Below are positions 8,348-17,824 of a stretch of DNA of 64,000 nt, piece by piece. Position 1 is the first letter of the stretch. Each line of letters opens with the position of its first letter. The translations under genes and the position numbers were made by a program. Under the pieces are notes generated by a model. That model made no database searches. It saw only the letters and a list, made by a program, of their open reading frames with translations, and was not told the DNA's origin. Origin of the DNA: an uncultured Gammaproteobacteria bacterium (GTDB lineage Bacteria > Patescibacteriota > Microgenomatia > CAYGWK01); contig CAYGWK010000002.1 of the NCBI GenBank assembly GCA_964353785.1, positions 40,293-104,292 of the forward strand. Direction: 5' to 3'.

Positions 8348-8420
8348 TAAAAAATCCTTAAGTATCTACCTATCACACACCGGGCTATGATATAATAAGT
8401 TGCCATAAAAAAATATTTCT

Positions 8421-8996
8421 ATGCCAAACTTAGATGAACTTCTTAAAGAAAGAGCCGAAAGACAAAAAGAGTCAGATGAAAGATGGGAAGAATTAAAAAG
8501 ACAGAGAGTAGAAGAAGAGAGAAAAGATCAAGAATATTTTGATCAACAAGTTGCACCATATGAAGAGGCTTTTAGGGTAGCAGGCCTTTATATTGATTTA
8601 AAGGCCTTGTTTCATCATCTTGACACTCAAGGTGCCCCACCACGGGTTGATGAAGTTATTCACATAAGAGCACATCCGGAAAATGATTATTTTGTTTATT
8701 CCTCGATGCAACCAAAAGATAAAACACTAAGCACTGTTATGTCTGCAATGCTTCGAAGAGAACTCAGAGAATACCATAGAACTATTATCGGTTATGGATT
8801 CAGGATTGACTGGAATTATCATTCTATAGATATCCTATCGGAAATTGATCCTACGAGTGACCAACAGATATTTGTTATAAAAGAATATCAACTCGATGTG
8901 CATCATGACCGCCTCATTCCCAATCGGCCATTGCGATCCTTCAAGACTCTTGAGCCAGATGCAATTCGACAAAAACTTTTAAATATTATTACTTAA
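8421..8996 (+). CDS. hypothetical protein (charged N-terminal coiled region)
   Basis: 191-aa ORF preceded by TATAAT-like box at ~8388; no recognised domain. Confidence 0.4.
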   Translation: MPNLDELLKERAERQKESDERWEELKRQRVEEERKDQEYFDQQVAPYEEAFRVAGLYIDLKALFHHLDTQGAPPRVDEVIHIRAHPENDYFVYSSMQPKDKTLSTVMSAMLRRELREYHRTIIGYGFRIDWNYHSIDILSEIDPTSDQQIFVIKEYQLDVHHDRLIPNRPLRSFKTLEPDAIRQKLLNIIT

Positions 8997-9012
8997 ATAC
9001 ACCAGTGACTAT

Positions 9013-9038
9013 TCTAGTCTAGGCCAGTCTGCTCGGGG
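9013..9038 (+). repeat. island inter-cassette repeat R4 (tctagtctaggccagtctgctcgggg)
   Basis: Shares ctag-N-ccag-N-ctgctc-gg core with R1/R3/R5. Confidence 0.4.
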
Positions 9039-9112
9039 AATTTTTATTCCAATATTCTTAAGAATTTGAGAATAGCGAAAAAGATTACCACAATTTGAGG
9101 CAGTTTTGAAGT

Positions 9113-9141
9113 GTTGACAAACTACCATCGCGCGTTGATAC
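9113..9141 (+). promoter_or_regulatory. candidate promoter TTGACA-17-GATACT upstream of small membrane ORF
   Basis: TTGACA at 9113-9118, GATACT 17 nt downstream. Confidence 0.3.
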
Positions 9142-9195
9142 TTTTAATTTATAGTGTTATATTTTAATCATATGAAGAAAGGGAGGTGGAAAAAA

Positions 9196-9366
9196 ATGCA
9201 TGATACTGCCGGTGCGGGCGCTGTTTATGGCTTGGGTTTAGTCGGCGCAGTAGTCTATTACATCCAACATGCAAAAACATTTGGGGAAGGAGTGCTTGGT
9301 TTCCTCAAGGCCTTGGTCTGGCCTGCCATGCTAATATATAAACTTCTGGAATTTCTGAAAATGTAG
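9196..9366 (+). CDS. small hydrophobic protein (2 TM, ~56 aa); ORF track start 9154 less likely
   Basis: Strong SD GGGAGGTG 7 nt before ATG at 9196; MHDTAGAGAVYGLGLVGAVVYY… two helices. Confidence 0.45.
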   Translation: MHDTAGAGAVYGLGLVGAVVYYIQHAKTFGEGVLGFLKALVWPAMLIYKLLEFLKM

Positions 9367-9377
9367 ACACTTTTACG

Positions 9378-9413
9378 GGACTGAAAGTTTCTAGCCCGGC
9401 CTGCTCAGCACGA
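9378..9413 (+). repeat. island inter-cassette repeat R5 (ggactgaaagtttctagcccggcctgctcagcacg)
   Basis: ~80% identical to R3. Confidence 0.5.
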
Positions 9414-9429
9414 ACAAAGGAGATCAATT

Positions 9430-10005
9430 ATGGAAAGAACTACAATAAGTCAAATATCGGTTACAGAGCCGAAAGAAAAAGAAAGTAATCTTGATGAATT
9501 GTACATAAAACAGGGACTAACAAATAATCAAGTTGAGCAGTTAATCTTCTACTCGAACACGGACAAAGAAGTCCAAAGATTCACTTCTGACCCAAAACGC
9601 TTCAAAGATAAAAAAGCATTCGAAAAATGGAGACAAAAAGGTAGGATTATTTACACCATAACAGACCTTGAGGATAATTTACTTGGAATTATCTGGTTTG
9701 GCGAGGAACCCTTACCTCAAAGAGAATTTACCCAAACCTTTAACCCTCAAGAATTCGGGATTACTTTTGCTATCAGAATTTATGGAGAAGCCAGAGGTAA
9801 AGGTCTAGCAAGAAAATTTATGACCGAAACTTTTAAACACCTTATGAGCTCTAGTGTTTACGAAAAAATGGAGAATAAAGGAATCTGGCTAGAGACATCC
9901 ATAGATAATACTCCGGCTCTTAAAGCCTATGAGAAATTCGGCTTCAAGCAAATCACAAATCCAAATGAGAACCAAAAGATATTAATGATTCTTAAAGAAT
10001 TTTAA
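9430..10005 (+). CDS. GNAT-family N-acetyltransferase
   Basis: Motif A-like RGKGLARKF and C-terminal …ALKAYEKFGF; 14-nt convergent overlap with gltX. Confidence 0.7.
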   Translation: MERTTISQISVTEPKEKESNLDELYIKQGLTNNQVEQLIFYSNTDKEVQRFTSDPKRFKDKKAFEKWRQKGRIIYTITDLEDNLLGIIWFGEEPLPQREFTQTFNPQEFGITFAIRIYGEARGKGLARKFMTETFKHLMSSSVYEKMENKGIWLETSIDNTPALKAYEKFGFKQITNPNENQKILMILKEF

Positions 10006-11275
10006 TCGCCGCCTTTAGTCGTTTTAGTGTTTCTTCTTTTCCTAAAATTTCCACTGAATCCGTAATTGGGGGGGTGATTTTGGAACCGGTGATGGCGATG
10101 CGAAAATTCATAAAAAATTCTCCTGTTTTCCAACCTTTCTCTTTTACTAATTCCTGAAGTGTTTGTCCCAGATTTTTCTTATCCCAGGTTTTGAGTTTTT
10201 CTAAGACTTCAAGGGCTAAAGATAATTGTTCTTTTGCCTCTTTAGTAAATAATTTTTTGTCAACCCTGGGCTCTTTGAAAAAGAATCCAGCCAGAGCAGG
10301 ATAATCTGAAAGTTTTGTCAGTCTTTCCTTGACCAAAGGAATAGTTTGATTAATTAAATTGGGGCTGGCTCCTTTTGGAGCAAATTGTTCAATTAATTGA
10401 ACTAGTTGGCTATCAGACTTTTTTCTAATATATGCTCCATTTATCCAGTCAAGTTTTTCAAAATTAAAAATTGGAGCAGTCGTCACCACTCTTTCAAAAC
10501 TAAAAAGTTTTATAAATTCCTCTAAAGGAAAAATATCTTTTTCTTTTGGATGAGACCAGCCTAAAAGACAAAGAAAATTAACTAAGGCTTCGGGTAAATA
10601 TCCTTGGTCTTTATACCAAGATAAAGCGACCGGGTTTTTTCTTTTTGATATTTTTGACCGGTCCGGATTTCGCAAAAGTGGCATATGGGCAAAAAATGGT
10701 AGTTTTTCTCCTAGAGCTTGGTAAAGGAGAATTTGTTTTGGGGTATTTGAAATATGTTCTTCAGCCCTGATGACATGAGAAATTTTCATGGCCAAATCAT
10801 CAACCACGCAAGCAAAATTATAAGTCGGATAGCCATCAGATTTAAGCAAGACAAAGTCTTCGATATTCTCATTTTTGAAAATAATTTTTCCCCGAACTAA
10901 ATCATCCCAAGAAGTTTGGCCAGTTTTGGAAACTTTGAGACGAACCGCTCCCTCATCTTCGTAGGCTTGTTTTTTCTCCAAAAGTTTTTGACAAGTTTTT
11001 TTATAAAGAGAAAGTCGCTCCGATTGCCGATATGGTCCAAAAGGACCGCCAACATCCGGTCCTTCATCGTAGAGTAAACCAAGCCAACGAAGACCCTCAA
11101 AAATTGCTTTTTCCGCTTCGGGGACATGACGCTTAACATCAGTATCCTCAATCCGCAAAATAAATTTGCCTTTAAATGCCCGCGCAAAAGCGAAATTAAA
11201 AAGAGAAAGATAGGCGGTGCCAACATGAGCAAAACCGGTTGGCGAGGGAGCAATTCTTGTCCGAACTTTTTCCAC
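9992..11275 (-). CDS. gltX: glutamate--tRNA ligase (short form)
   Basis: HIGH-type motif PTGFAHVGT, RIEDTD, KISKR (KMSKS). Confidence 0.9.
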   Translation of the reverse strand: MEKVRTRIAPSPTGFAHVGTAYLSLFNFAFARAFKGKFILRIEDTDVKRHVPEAEKAIFEGLRWLGLLYDEGPDVGGPFGPYRQSERLSLYKKTCQKLLEKKQAYEDEGAVRLKVSKTGQTSWDDLVRGKIIFKNENIEDFVLLKSDGYPTYNFACVVDDLAMKISHVIRAEEHISNTPKQILLYQALGEKLPFFAHMPLLRNPDRSKISKRKNPVALSWYKDQGYLPEALVNFLCLLGWSHPKEKDIFPLEEFIKLFSFERVVTTAPIFNFEKLDWINGAYIRKKSDSQLVQLIEQFAPKGASPNLINQTIPLVKERLTKLSDYPALAGFFFKEPRVDKKLFTKEAKEQLSLALEVLEKLKTWDKKNLGQTLQELVKEKGWKTGEFFMNFRIAITGSKITPPITDSVEILGKEETLKRLKAAIKIL

Positions 11276-11325
11276 TTCACCTTGATTTTAACACAAGCGA
11301 AAGTTATACTCAAAATATACCTGCC

Positions 11326-12378
11326 ATGGCCACTTTAACCGTCACTGCCTACTACACCCGCAAAGGAATAAAATACGGAGCAATTTTTTTTGTTGGGTTT
11401 TTGATTTTTCGCTTTATTTGGGGAGTAACCACGGCTTATCTTCGCAAAATTCATCCTCCTCCCCCGCCTCCACCAACGGTTTCTTTTGGTAAATTGCCAA
11501 AGATTGATTTTCCTAAAAGGGAGGGGTTTCCAACTCTTTCTTTCAAACTTGAAACAATCCAAGGAACAATCCCCACCCTTTCCTCAATTGGTAAAGTTTA
11601 TTTTTCGGTTAAGCCCGGAGCCACTCTTCTTTCTTTAGACCGAGCCAAAGAGACCGCCAGAAAAATGGGTTTTAGCTCCGCGCCCCAAGCTTTGTCCTCG
11701 CGAGTCTATCGTTTCTCCACCCAGACGGCGCCGCCAACAACCTTAGATATAGACATCGTTACTGGAAATTTTAGGCTCCATTACGATTTTTCAAGCGACC
11801 AATCTATCTTTGTTGAAAAAAAGCTACCTTCAAATGACCAGGCAATTTCGGAAAGCAAAAGTTTTCTCCAAGGAGCCGGACTTCTAGTTGAAGACCTGGC
11901 GTCCGGAAAAGCCGAGGTTTCTTATCTTAAATATCAAGCACCAAATTTGCTTTCTGCCATCTCTTTATCCGAAGCAGACCTTGTTAAAGTCGGGCTTTTC
12001 CGCCAAGACCTAGATAGCTTGCCAGTTTTGCCAGAAAATCCAAAAGAAGGTTTAATTTATTTTATTTTCTCCGGAGCAAGGGAGCGAGGAAAAAGAATTG
12101 TTGAGGCAAGTTATAACTACAACAAGGTTGAAAAAGAGAATTTTTCCACCTATCCTTTAAAATCGACGACAGTGGCCTGGCAAGAACTTCAGGGAGAAGG
12201 GGGATTTATTTCAAACTTAGGAGAAAACACTGATGGCAAAATTACTATTAGAAAAATTTATCTTGCCTATTTTGATTCGCCCCAAGCACAAAATTTTCTT
12301 CAGCCAGTCTTTGTCTTTGAAGGAGACGACAACTTTGTTGCCTACGTCTCGGCGGTTGATTCTAAGTGGGTGGAATAG
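11326..12378 (+). CDS. hypothetical membrane-anchored protein with poly-Pro segment (ORF track start 11239 overlaps gltX; Met at 11326 preferred)
   Basis: One N-terminal TM then PPPPPPPT; no recognised domain. Confidence 0.45.
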   Translation: MATLTVTAYYTRKGIKYGAIFFVGFLIFRFIWGVTTAYLRKIHPPPPPPPTVSFGKLPKIDFPKREGFPTLSFKLETIQGTIPTLSSIGKVYFSVKPGATLLSLDRAKETARKMGFSSAPQALSSRVYRFSTQTAPPTTLDIDIVTGNFRLHYDFSSDQSIFVEKKLPSNDQAISESKSFLQGAGLLVEDLASGKAEVSYLKYQAPNLLSAISLSEADLVKVGLFRQDLDSLPVLPENPKEGLIYFIFSGARERGKRIVEASYNYNKVEKENFSTYPLKSTTVAWQELQGEGGFISNLGENTDGKITIRKIYLAYFDSPQAQNFLQPVFVFEGDDNFVAYVSAVDSKWVE

Positions 12379-13345
12379 ACCAACTAAAATTTCCAAAAAC
12401 CCAATCTAGCAATTTTTCTGTTTCCCCAAATCTGTCCTGACTTCCCAAGACAACAGTAATAATTTGTTTTCCGTTTTGCTCATCAAAACCAACCAAACAT
12501 TCTCCAGCGGAAATCGTCCAGCCAGTTTTAATCCCCTTAAGACCAGGGACACTTCCCAGAAGAACATTGATATTTGAGATTGGATGGACAAATTTCTTAT
12601 CATAAGAGTAAACAACAACTTTTTTGGTAGCGACAATTTTGGCAAAAACAGGATTTTGAATGGCAATTTTAGCCAGCCTGGCTAAATCAGAGGCGGTGGT
12701 AAACTGTCCCTCTTCGTCTATTCCGGTCGGGTTTGTAAAATGGGTATTTAAAAGACTTAACTTTTTGGCTTTTTGGTTCATCTGGCTAATAAAATTTTCT
12801 CTCCCTCCAGGATAATTTTGGGCTAGGGTTTCGGCCGCATCATTGGCTGAGGCCACCAAGAGAGCGTAAAGGAGATTTTCAGCTGTCAGTCTTTCTCCTT
12901 TTTGAAGTTTAATATCTTGACCTTCAGAAAAAACCTCTAAAACTTCCAAAACTTGGTTTAGTTGATAGAAATCTAAAGCGACTAAAGCAGTCATTATTTT
13001 TGTGGTTGAAGCTGGTAAAAGTTCTAAATCTTTATTTTTTTCATAGATTATTACCCCAGAAAAAACATCAGAAACCAAAGCCGATTTTGCTGAAAGAGAA
13101 GGCGCTGGAATGCCAGTTTTGTTTTTGGGGAGAGGTACCGGCGGGGAAATAACAAAATGAGAAGCGAAGACTTTTGGTCTCTGCCAAGAGAGTCTTAAAT
13201 TATCATAATAAGTTTGCCCAGGAAGAAAGAAAATAATTAAGAAAGTTAAAAGAAAATCAAATCCCAGTATTTTTCTTTTCCACAAAAATTTGAAGAATTT
13301 TTTGAGATTTCTTAACTCCCTTGAAATCTTTTTTACGGGGCTCAT
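12362..13345 (-). CDS. dacA: D-alanyl-D-alanine carboxypeptidase (S11, PBP5-like)
   Basis: SxxK ASTTKIMTA, SxN ASANDAA, KTG KTGWT; N-terminal TM. Confidence 0.85.
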   Translation of the reverse strand: MSPVKKISRELRNLKKFFKFLWKRKILGFDFLLTFLIIFFLPGQTYYDNLRLSWQRPKVFASHFVISPPVPLPKNKTGIPAPSLSAKSALVSDVFSGVIIYEKNKDLELLPASTTKIMTALVALDFYQLNQVLEVLEVFSEGQDIKLQKGERLTAENLLYALLVASANDAAETLAQNYPGGRENFISQMNQKAKKLSLLNTHFTNPTGIDEEGQFTTASDLARLAKIAIQNPVFAKIVATKKVVVYSYDKKFVHPISNINVLLGSVPGLKGIKTGWTISAGECLVGFDEQNGKQIITVVLGSQDRFGETEKLLDWVFGNFSWSIPPT

Positions 13346-14667
13346 TTCTTCTTCGTTGAAAGCCTGATGTCAACTCTTTCCATGTCTCTGGGGAACGGTG
13401 TCGCCTCGCGAATATTTTTAAGCCCTAAAATCTTCATCACTACCCTTTCCGCTCCTATGGCAAACCCGCCTTCTTGGGGCATTCCGTATTTGAAAACCTC
13501 AGGATAAATACCAAAGTTTTTTGGGTCATTTCCCCACTTTTTAATATTTTCAATCAACTTGCCGTATTCATTGATTCTTTGACCACCGGTAATCCACTCC
13601 AGTCCCCGGCCAAGCATATCAAAACTTAAAGTATGTTCTTTATCTTTAGGGTCAGGATGGGTATAGAATGGACGCTTTTTAACTGGATAATGGGTAACAA
13701 AAACCAACTCTGTCCCTTTTTCTTCCTTGGCCCACTGACAAATTTCTTCCTCGTCAGCTGGTTCAAGATCTGGTTGTCCCCGATTATCTCTTTTGGTTCT
13801 TTTGTAAATAATTTCCTGCGCCTCCCTAAGTTTAAGCCGAGGGATTTTCTTCCCAACCAAAGGAACAGTTGCTTTATACATCTTTAATTGTTCCTGACAA
13901 TCTTTTTTAACTACCTTGAGAATTTCTTTAATAACATATTCAGCCGTGTCCATTAAATCTTCCCAGGAATCAATAAAAGCCATCTCTGCATCAAGACTGG
14001 TGTATTCTGTTAGATGGCGAGTGGTCACGCTTGGTTCAGCCCGAAAAGCATGGGTGACGGTAAAAACCCGCTCAAAAGCACCAAGCATCATCTGTTTATA
14101 AAATTGAGGGCTTTGACCAAGATAGGCATTGTAATCAAAATACTTTACCTGAAAAACTTCGGCCCCACCCTCGGCAGTTGCTGGAACAATTATCGGCGAT
14201 TCATACTCGGTAAAACCAATTTTCTTTAAACTTTTTCGGAAAGTATCAACCACCGCCTCCGAAACCTCAAAAATCGCCCTGGCTGATTTATGTCTTATGG
14301 TTAAAGCCCGGTGATCAAGAAGGGTTGGTAATTCCACATCAAGCCATTCTTTCCCCATATCTATCGGCAGGGTCGCGGACTTAGAAAGAATTTTTATTTT
14401 CTCTACCGCAATTTCAACTTCTCCTGTAGGAATCTTGGGGTTAGTCATCTCTTTCGGTCGTTTTCTAACAGAACCTGTAACCTCAATTGCATCTTCCGGT
14501 CTTAAATCGCTCATTTCGTCCCCCCCGACCACCTGGACAATCCCAGACCTATCCCGCAAATCAATAAAAACTAATTTCCCATGGTCTCGGCGAGTTTGCA
14601 CCCAACCACGAAGCAGAACTTTTTCACCAACTTTTTTAACCGTTTCTGAAGTGAGCGTTCTTTCCAT
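13342..14667 (-). CDS. aspS: aspartate--tRNA ligase (archaeal/short type)
   Basis: Class II aaRS motifs; QSPQFYKQ flipping-loop signature of AspRS; GGFAIGAERVVM motif 3. Confidence 0.8.
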   Translation of the reverse strand: MERTLTSETVKKVGEKVLLRGWVQTRRDHGKLVFIDLRDRSGIVQVVGGDEMSDLRPEDAIEVTGSVRKRPKEMTNPKIPTGEVEIAVEKIKILSKSATLPIDMGKEWLDVELPTLLDHRALTIRHKSARAIFEVSEAVVDTFRKSLKKIGFTEYESPIIVPATAEGGAEVFQVKYFDYNAYLGQSPQFYKQMMLGAFERVFTVTHAFRAEPSVTTRHLTEYTSLDAEMAFIDSWEDLMDTAEYVIKEILKVVKKDCQEQLKMYKATVPLVGKKIPRLKLREAQEIIYKRTKRDNRGQPDLEPADEEEICQWAKEEKGTELVFVTHYPVKKRPFYTHPDPKDKEHTLSFDMLGRGLEWITGGQRINEYGKLIENIKKWGNDPKNFGIYPEVFKYGMPQEGGFAIGAERVVMKILGLKNIREATPFPRDMERVDIRLSTKKK

Positions 14668-14675
14668 ACTCCCAA

Positions 14676-16175
14676 TTATACTTTATAACCAGCCTCTTTG
14701 CTAGAGCGAAAATGTTTCAAGATTTCTTTTTTGGCAACTTGAGTAACCACAAAAGAGAGCCAGTCGCGCGAGGGACCTTTCTTTTTTTCTGAAGTCAAAA
14801 TCTCAACCATATCTCCACTTTTAAGTCTTGAGTCTAAGGAAACCATTTTTCCATTAACTTTTGCTCCGACCGCCTTATCTCCCAACTCCGTGTGAACTGC
14901 ATAAGCAAAGTCAATTGGGGTCGCTCCAGCAGGCAAATCAAAAACATCACCTTTTGGGGAAAAAACAAAAATCCGGTGTTTCAAAGCATCAAATTTTAAG
15001 GCTTGGAGAAATTCTTGGGAACCAACAATTTCTTTTTGCCATAAAACAAGTTGCTTAACCCAGGAAAGTTTCTCATTGGGAGCAAAAACTCCGTCTTCAA
15101 GCTTTTTGTCCGAGACGCCAGCTGTTTTTAGATGTCCATAATACCAGTGAGCGGCAATTCCATTTTCTGCCTCTTCGTGCATCTGGTAAGTTCTTATTTG
15201 AACCTCAATAATTTTTCCTTTTGGACCAAAAACCGTGGTGTGGATTGAGCGATAGCCATTTGGTTTAGGTTGGGCAATAAAATCACTTACTCCCCTGAAC
15301 GGAACCGGTTTCCAAGTTTTGTGAACTACTCCTAAGGTAGCGTAGCAATCTCGAACCGAGGAGACTAAAATCCGCAAAGCGACTAAATCATAAATTTTTG
15401 AAATATCTTTCTCAATTTCCGGACGCAAAAGTTTTTGCCATAAAGAATATAAATGCTTGGCTCGACCCGAAACCTCTCCTTTAATTTTTTCTTTTTTAAG
15501 TTCTTCCAAGATTTCTTCTTTTGCTTTTTCAATTATTTCCTCTGCTTGATGATAAAAAGGCGTTGAGAAACTTTTAACCCAAACATAATCTTGGGGGTAA
15601 ATGTAAGGAAAAGCCAAATCTTCAAGTTTGCCAGCCATCTCCTCAATCCCCAGCCTTTCGGCTAAAGGGGCATAAACCTCCAAGGTTTCCTTAGTAATTC
15701 TTTTTTGTTTTTCTAATGGTAAAAAGGCAAGGGTTTGCATATTGTGATAACGGTCAGCCAGTTTTATTAAAACAACCCGTAAATCGTGGGCCATTGTCAC
15801 CAACATTTTTCTTAAATTCTCGACAAATTCTTCTTCTTCCGAACCCCGAAGTTTTAGTTCACCAATTTTCGTCACTCCGCTAACAAGCTCGCCAACTTCT
15901 TCTCCAAATTCTTTTTCTACAAACTCGGGAGAAACACCACCATCTTCAACACTGTCATGTAAGAACCCTGCCTCAATCGAGGTTGAATCAAGTTTCCAGT
16001 CAGCTAAAACCAAAACAACCGAAAGTAAATGTCTTAAAACTGGCTCACCAGAAAGACGAACCTGTCCAGAATGAACTCCAGAAGCAAAGTCAAAGGCTTT
16101 TTTTATTTTTTCAAAATCTGCTTGCGGATTATAATGTTTAATTTTCTCAATTAATTTTTTAAATTCTTTCTCCAT
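14676..16175 (-). CDS. relA: bifunctional (p)ppGpp synthetase/hydrolase Rel/SpoT (short, lacks full C-terminal regulatory region)
   Basis: HD hydrolase HLLSVVLVL…FLHDSVED and synthetase GRAKHLYSLWQKL…YRSIHTTV…EVQIRT. Confidence 0.85.
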   Translation of the reverse strand: MEKEFKKLIEKIKHYNPQADFEKIKKAFDFASGVHSGQVRLSGEPVLRHLLSVVLVLADWKLDSTSIEAGFLHDSVEDGGVSPEFVEKEFGEEVGELVSGVTKIGELKLRGSEEEEFVENLRKMLVTMAHDLRVVLIKLADRYHNMQTLAFLPLEKQKRITKETLEVYAPLAERLGIEEMAGKLEDLAFPYIYPQDYVWVKSFSTPFYHQAEEIIEKAKEEILEELKKEKIKGEVSGRAKHLYSLWQKLLRPEIEKDISKIYDLVALRILVSSVRDCYATLGVVHKTWKPVPFRGVSDFIAQPKPNGYRSIHTTVFGPKGKIIEVQIRTYQMHEEAENGIAAHWYYGHLKTAGVSDKKLEDGVFAPNEKLSWVKQLVLWQKEIVGSQEFLQALKFDALKHRIFVFSPKGDVFDLPAGATPIDFAYAVHTELGDKAVGAKVNGKMVSLDSRLKSGDMVEILTSEKKKGPSRDWLSFVVTQVAKKEILKHFRSSKEAGYKV

Positions 16176-17802
16176 CGCTTGCTCTTAAATCTTTAATTTT
16201 AAGTTGTAATCTTTTTTCTTGGTTCCATTGGTCACAAATTAGGTTGTAGACCAAATCAACCTCTTCATTCGGTGAAAGCTCTTGAAAAATGTTTCCCATT
16301 CTAAAACCAATGGCGTCAAAGGTGACAGGTGACAAGGGACAAGCAACACGTAATTTGAGATGCTGATTTCCATTGCCAACAGTTTTGGCATCTGAAACAA
16401 TCAAATTTCGGCTTAAGAAAACTGGTTCGGGGTTACCAAAACCAAATGGTTCAAGTTTTTTTAAATTTTCCCAAAGGTCAAAATTTATACTCTTAAGGTC
16501 TAATTCTAAATCAATTTTTACAACTGGAGTTAGTTTTTCTTCATCAAGCTCTCTTTCAGCAATTTTCTCAAGTCTTTCTCTTAACTCTTCAAGTTTTATT
16601 GTTTCAACTGAAAACCCAGCTGCCATCGGGTGTCCTCCATGAGGACCTAAGATATCGCTACAGGCCCTTATCGCTTCAACCACATTAAAACCATTAATTG
16701 ACCGGGCTGAAGCCCGAGAATATTTTTCACCTTTAGCAACAATAATCGCCGGCCGATAAAACTCTTCCGCCAATTTCCCTGCTACCAACCCAACAATTCC
16801 TTCCTCGTAAGACTGGTGAGAAACAAAAATTAATTTTCCCTTTCCCCCTTGAGTAAGCCACAAATCCCGAGCATGAAGAGTCGTCTCTTCTGTTAAAAGT
16901 TGGCGCTGTCGATTGTGTTGGTCTATTTTTTTAGCCAATAAAACTGCTCTTTCTTGATTAGGAGTTAAAACTAGTCGCAGCGACTCTATCGGGTCCTCCA
17001 TTCGGCCGGCGGCATTTAAACGGGGTCCAATGATAAAACCGATTTCATAGGTGCCAATATTCTCTGGTAATATTCCAACCACTCTGTAAAGTTCCCGAAG
17101 CCCGGCTCTTTTTGTCTTCTGGACCTCCGGCAGCCCATGATAGACAATAGAGCGGTTTACCCCGATTAGGGGCATCACATCCGAAACTGTACCAATGGTC
17201 ACTAAGTCAAGACCCGGTTCTCTCAAATTTTTTGCCAAAAACCAGGAGACTCCCGAGCCAGAGAGTTTGGTCGTATGAACAGTCGAGAAGGCTTTTGGTT
17301 TTTCTTTTCCAGGTATGTGATGGTCGGTGACAATAACATCAACACCGAGTTTTTTGGCATGTTCAACTTGTTTTACGGCAACAATCCCCTGGTCAACGGT
17401 AATTATCAAACTTACTCCACTTTTCCCAAACTCCTCAATTCTTTCGACTTTTAGTCCATAGCCTTCTTCTCGGGTCGGGATAAAGGGCATAACTTTGGCT
17501 CCAAGTTTATTTAATGTTTCCCATAAAATAGCGGTGGCACAAACTCCGTCGGTATCATAATCACCATAGACGATTATTTTTTCTTTTTTTTTAATTGCCT
17601 TTTTAATCCGCCCGACAGCTTTGGAAAGTTGTTTTGGATTGATGCCTAAATCTTTAGCAGTTATTTTATAAGGATCAGGAGGGTTTAAAAATTCTTTTAT
17701 TTCTTTTTTTGTTTTTATCCCCCGATTTTTAAGAAGGATCTCGATAATCCTGTTTTCTTGTTTCTTGTCTCTTGTTGCTGATAATACCATCCATTTTTTC
17801 AT
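16159..17802 (-). CDS. recJ: single-stranded-DNA-specific exonuclease RecJ
   Basis: DHH motifs VYGDYDTDGV, IVTDHHIPG; DHHA1 GGHPMAAG. Confidence 0.85.
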   Translation of the reverse strand: MKKWMVLSATRDKKQENRIIEILLKNRGIKTKKEIKEFLNPPDPYKITAKDLGINPKQLSKAVGRIKKAIKKKEKIIVYGDYDTDGVCATAILWETLNKLGAKVMPFIPTREEGYGLKVERIEEFGKSGVSLIITVDQGIVAVKQVEHAKKLGVDVIVTDHHIPGKEKPKAFSTVHTTKLSGSGVSWFLAKNLREPGLDLVTIGTVSDVMPLIGVNRSIVYHGLPEVQKTKRAGLRELYRVVGILPENIGTYEIGFIIGPRLNAAGRMEDPIESLRLVLTPNQERAVLLAKKIDQHNRQRQLLTEETTLHARDLWLTQGGKGKLIFVSHQSYEEGIVGLVAGKLAEEFYRPAIIVAKGEKYSRASARSINGFNVVEAIRACSDILGPHGGHPMAAGFSVETIKLEELRERLEKIAERELDEEKLTPVVKIDLELDLKSINFDLWENLKKLEPFGFGNPEPVFLSRNLIVSDAKTVGNGNQHLKLRVACPLSPVTFDAIGFRMGNIFQELSPNEEVDLVYNLICDQWNQEKRLQLKIKDLRASDGERI

Positions 17803-17824
17803 AGCGTGATATAATCATATCAGG

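Noticed and set aside
6338-10005. Integrase, recombinase or transposase gene for the tRNA-Gln island
   Set aside because: None of the island ORFs shows tyrosine or serine recombinase or DDE motifs, so mobility is inferred only from the repeat architecture.
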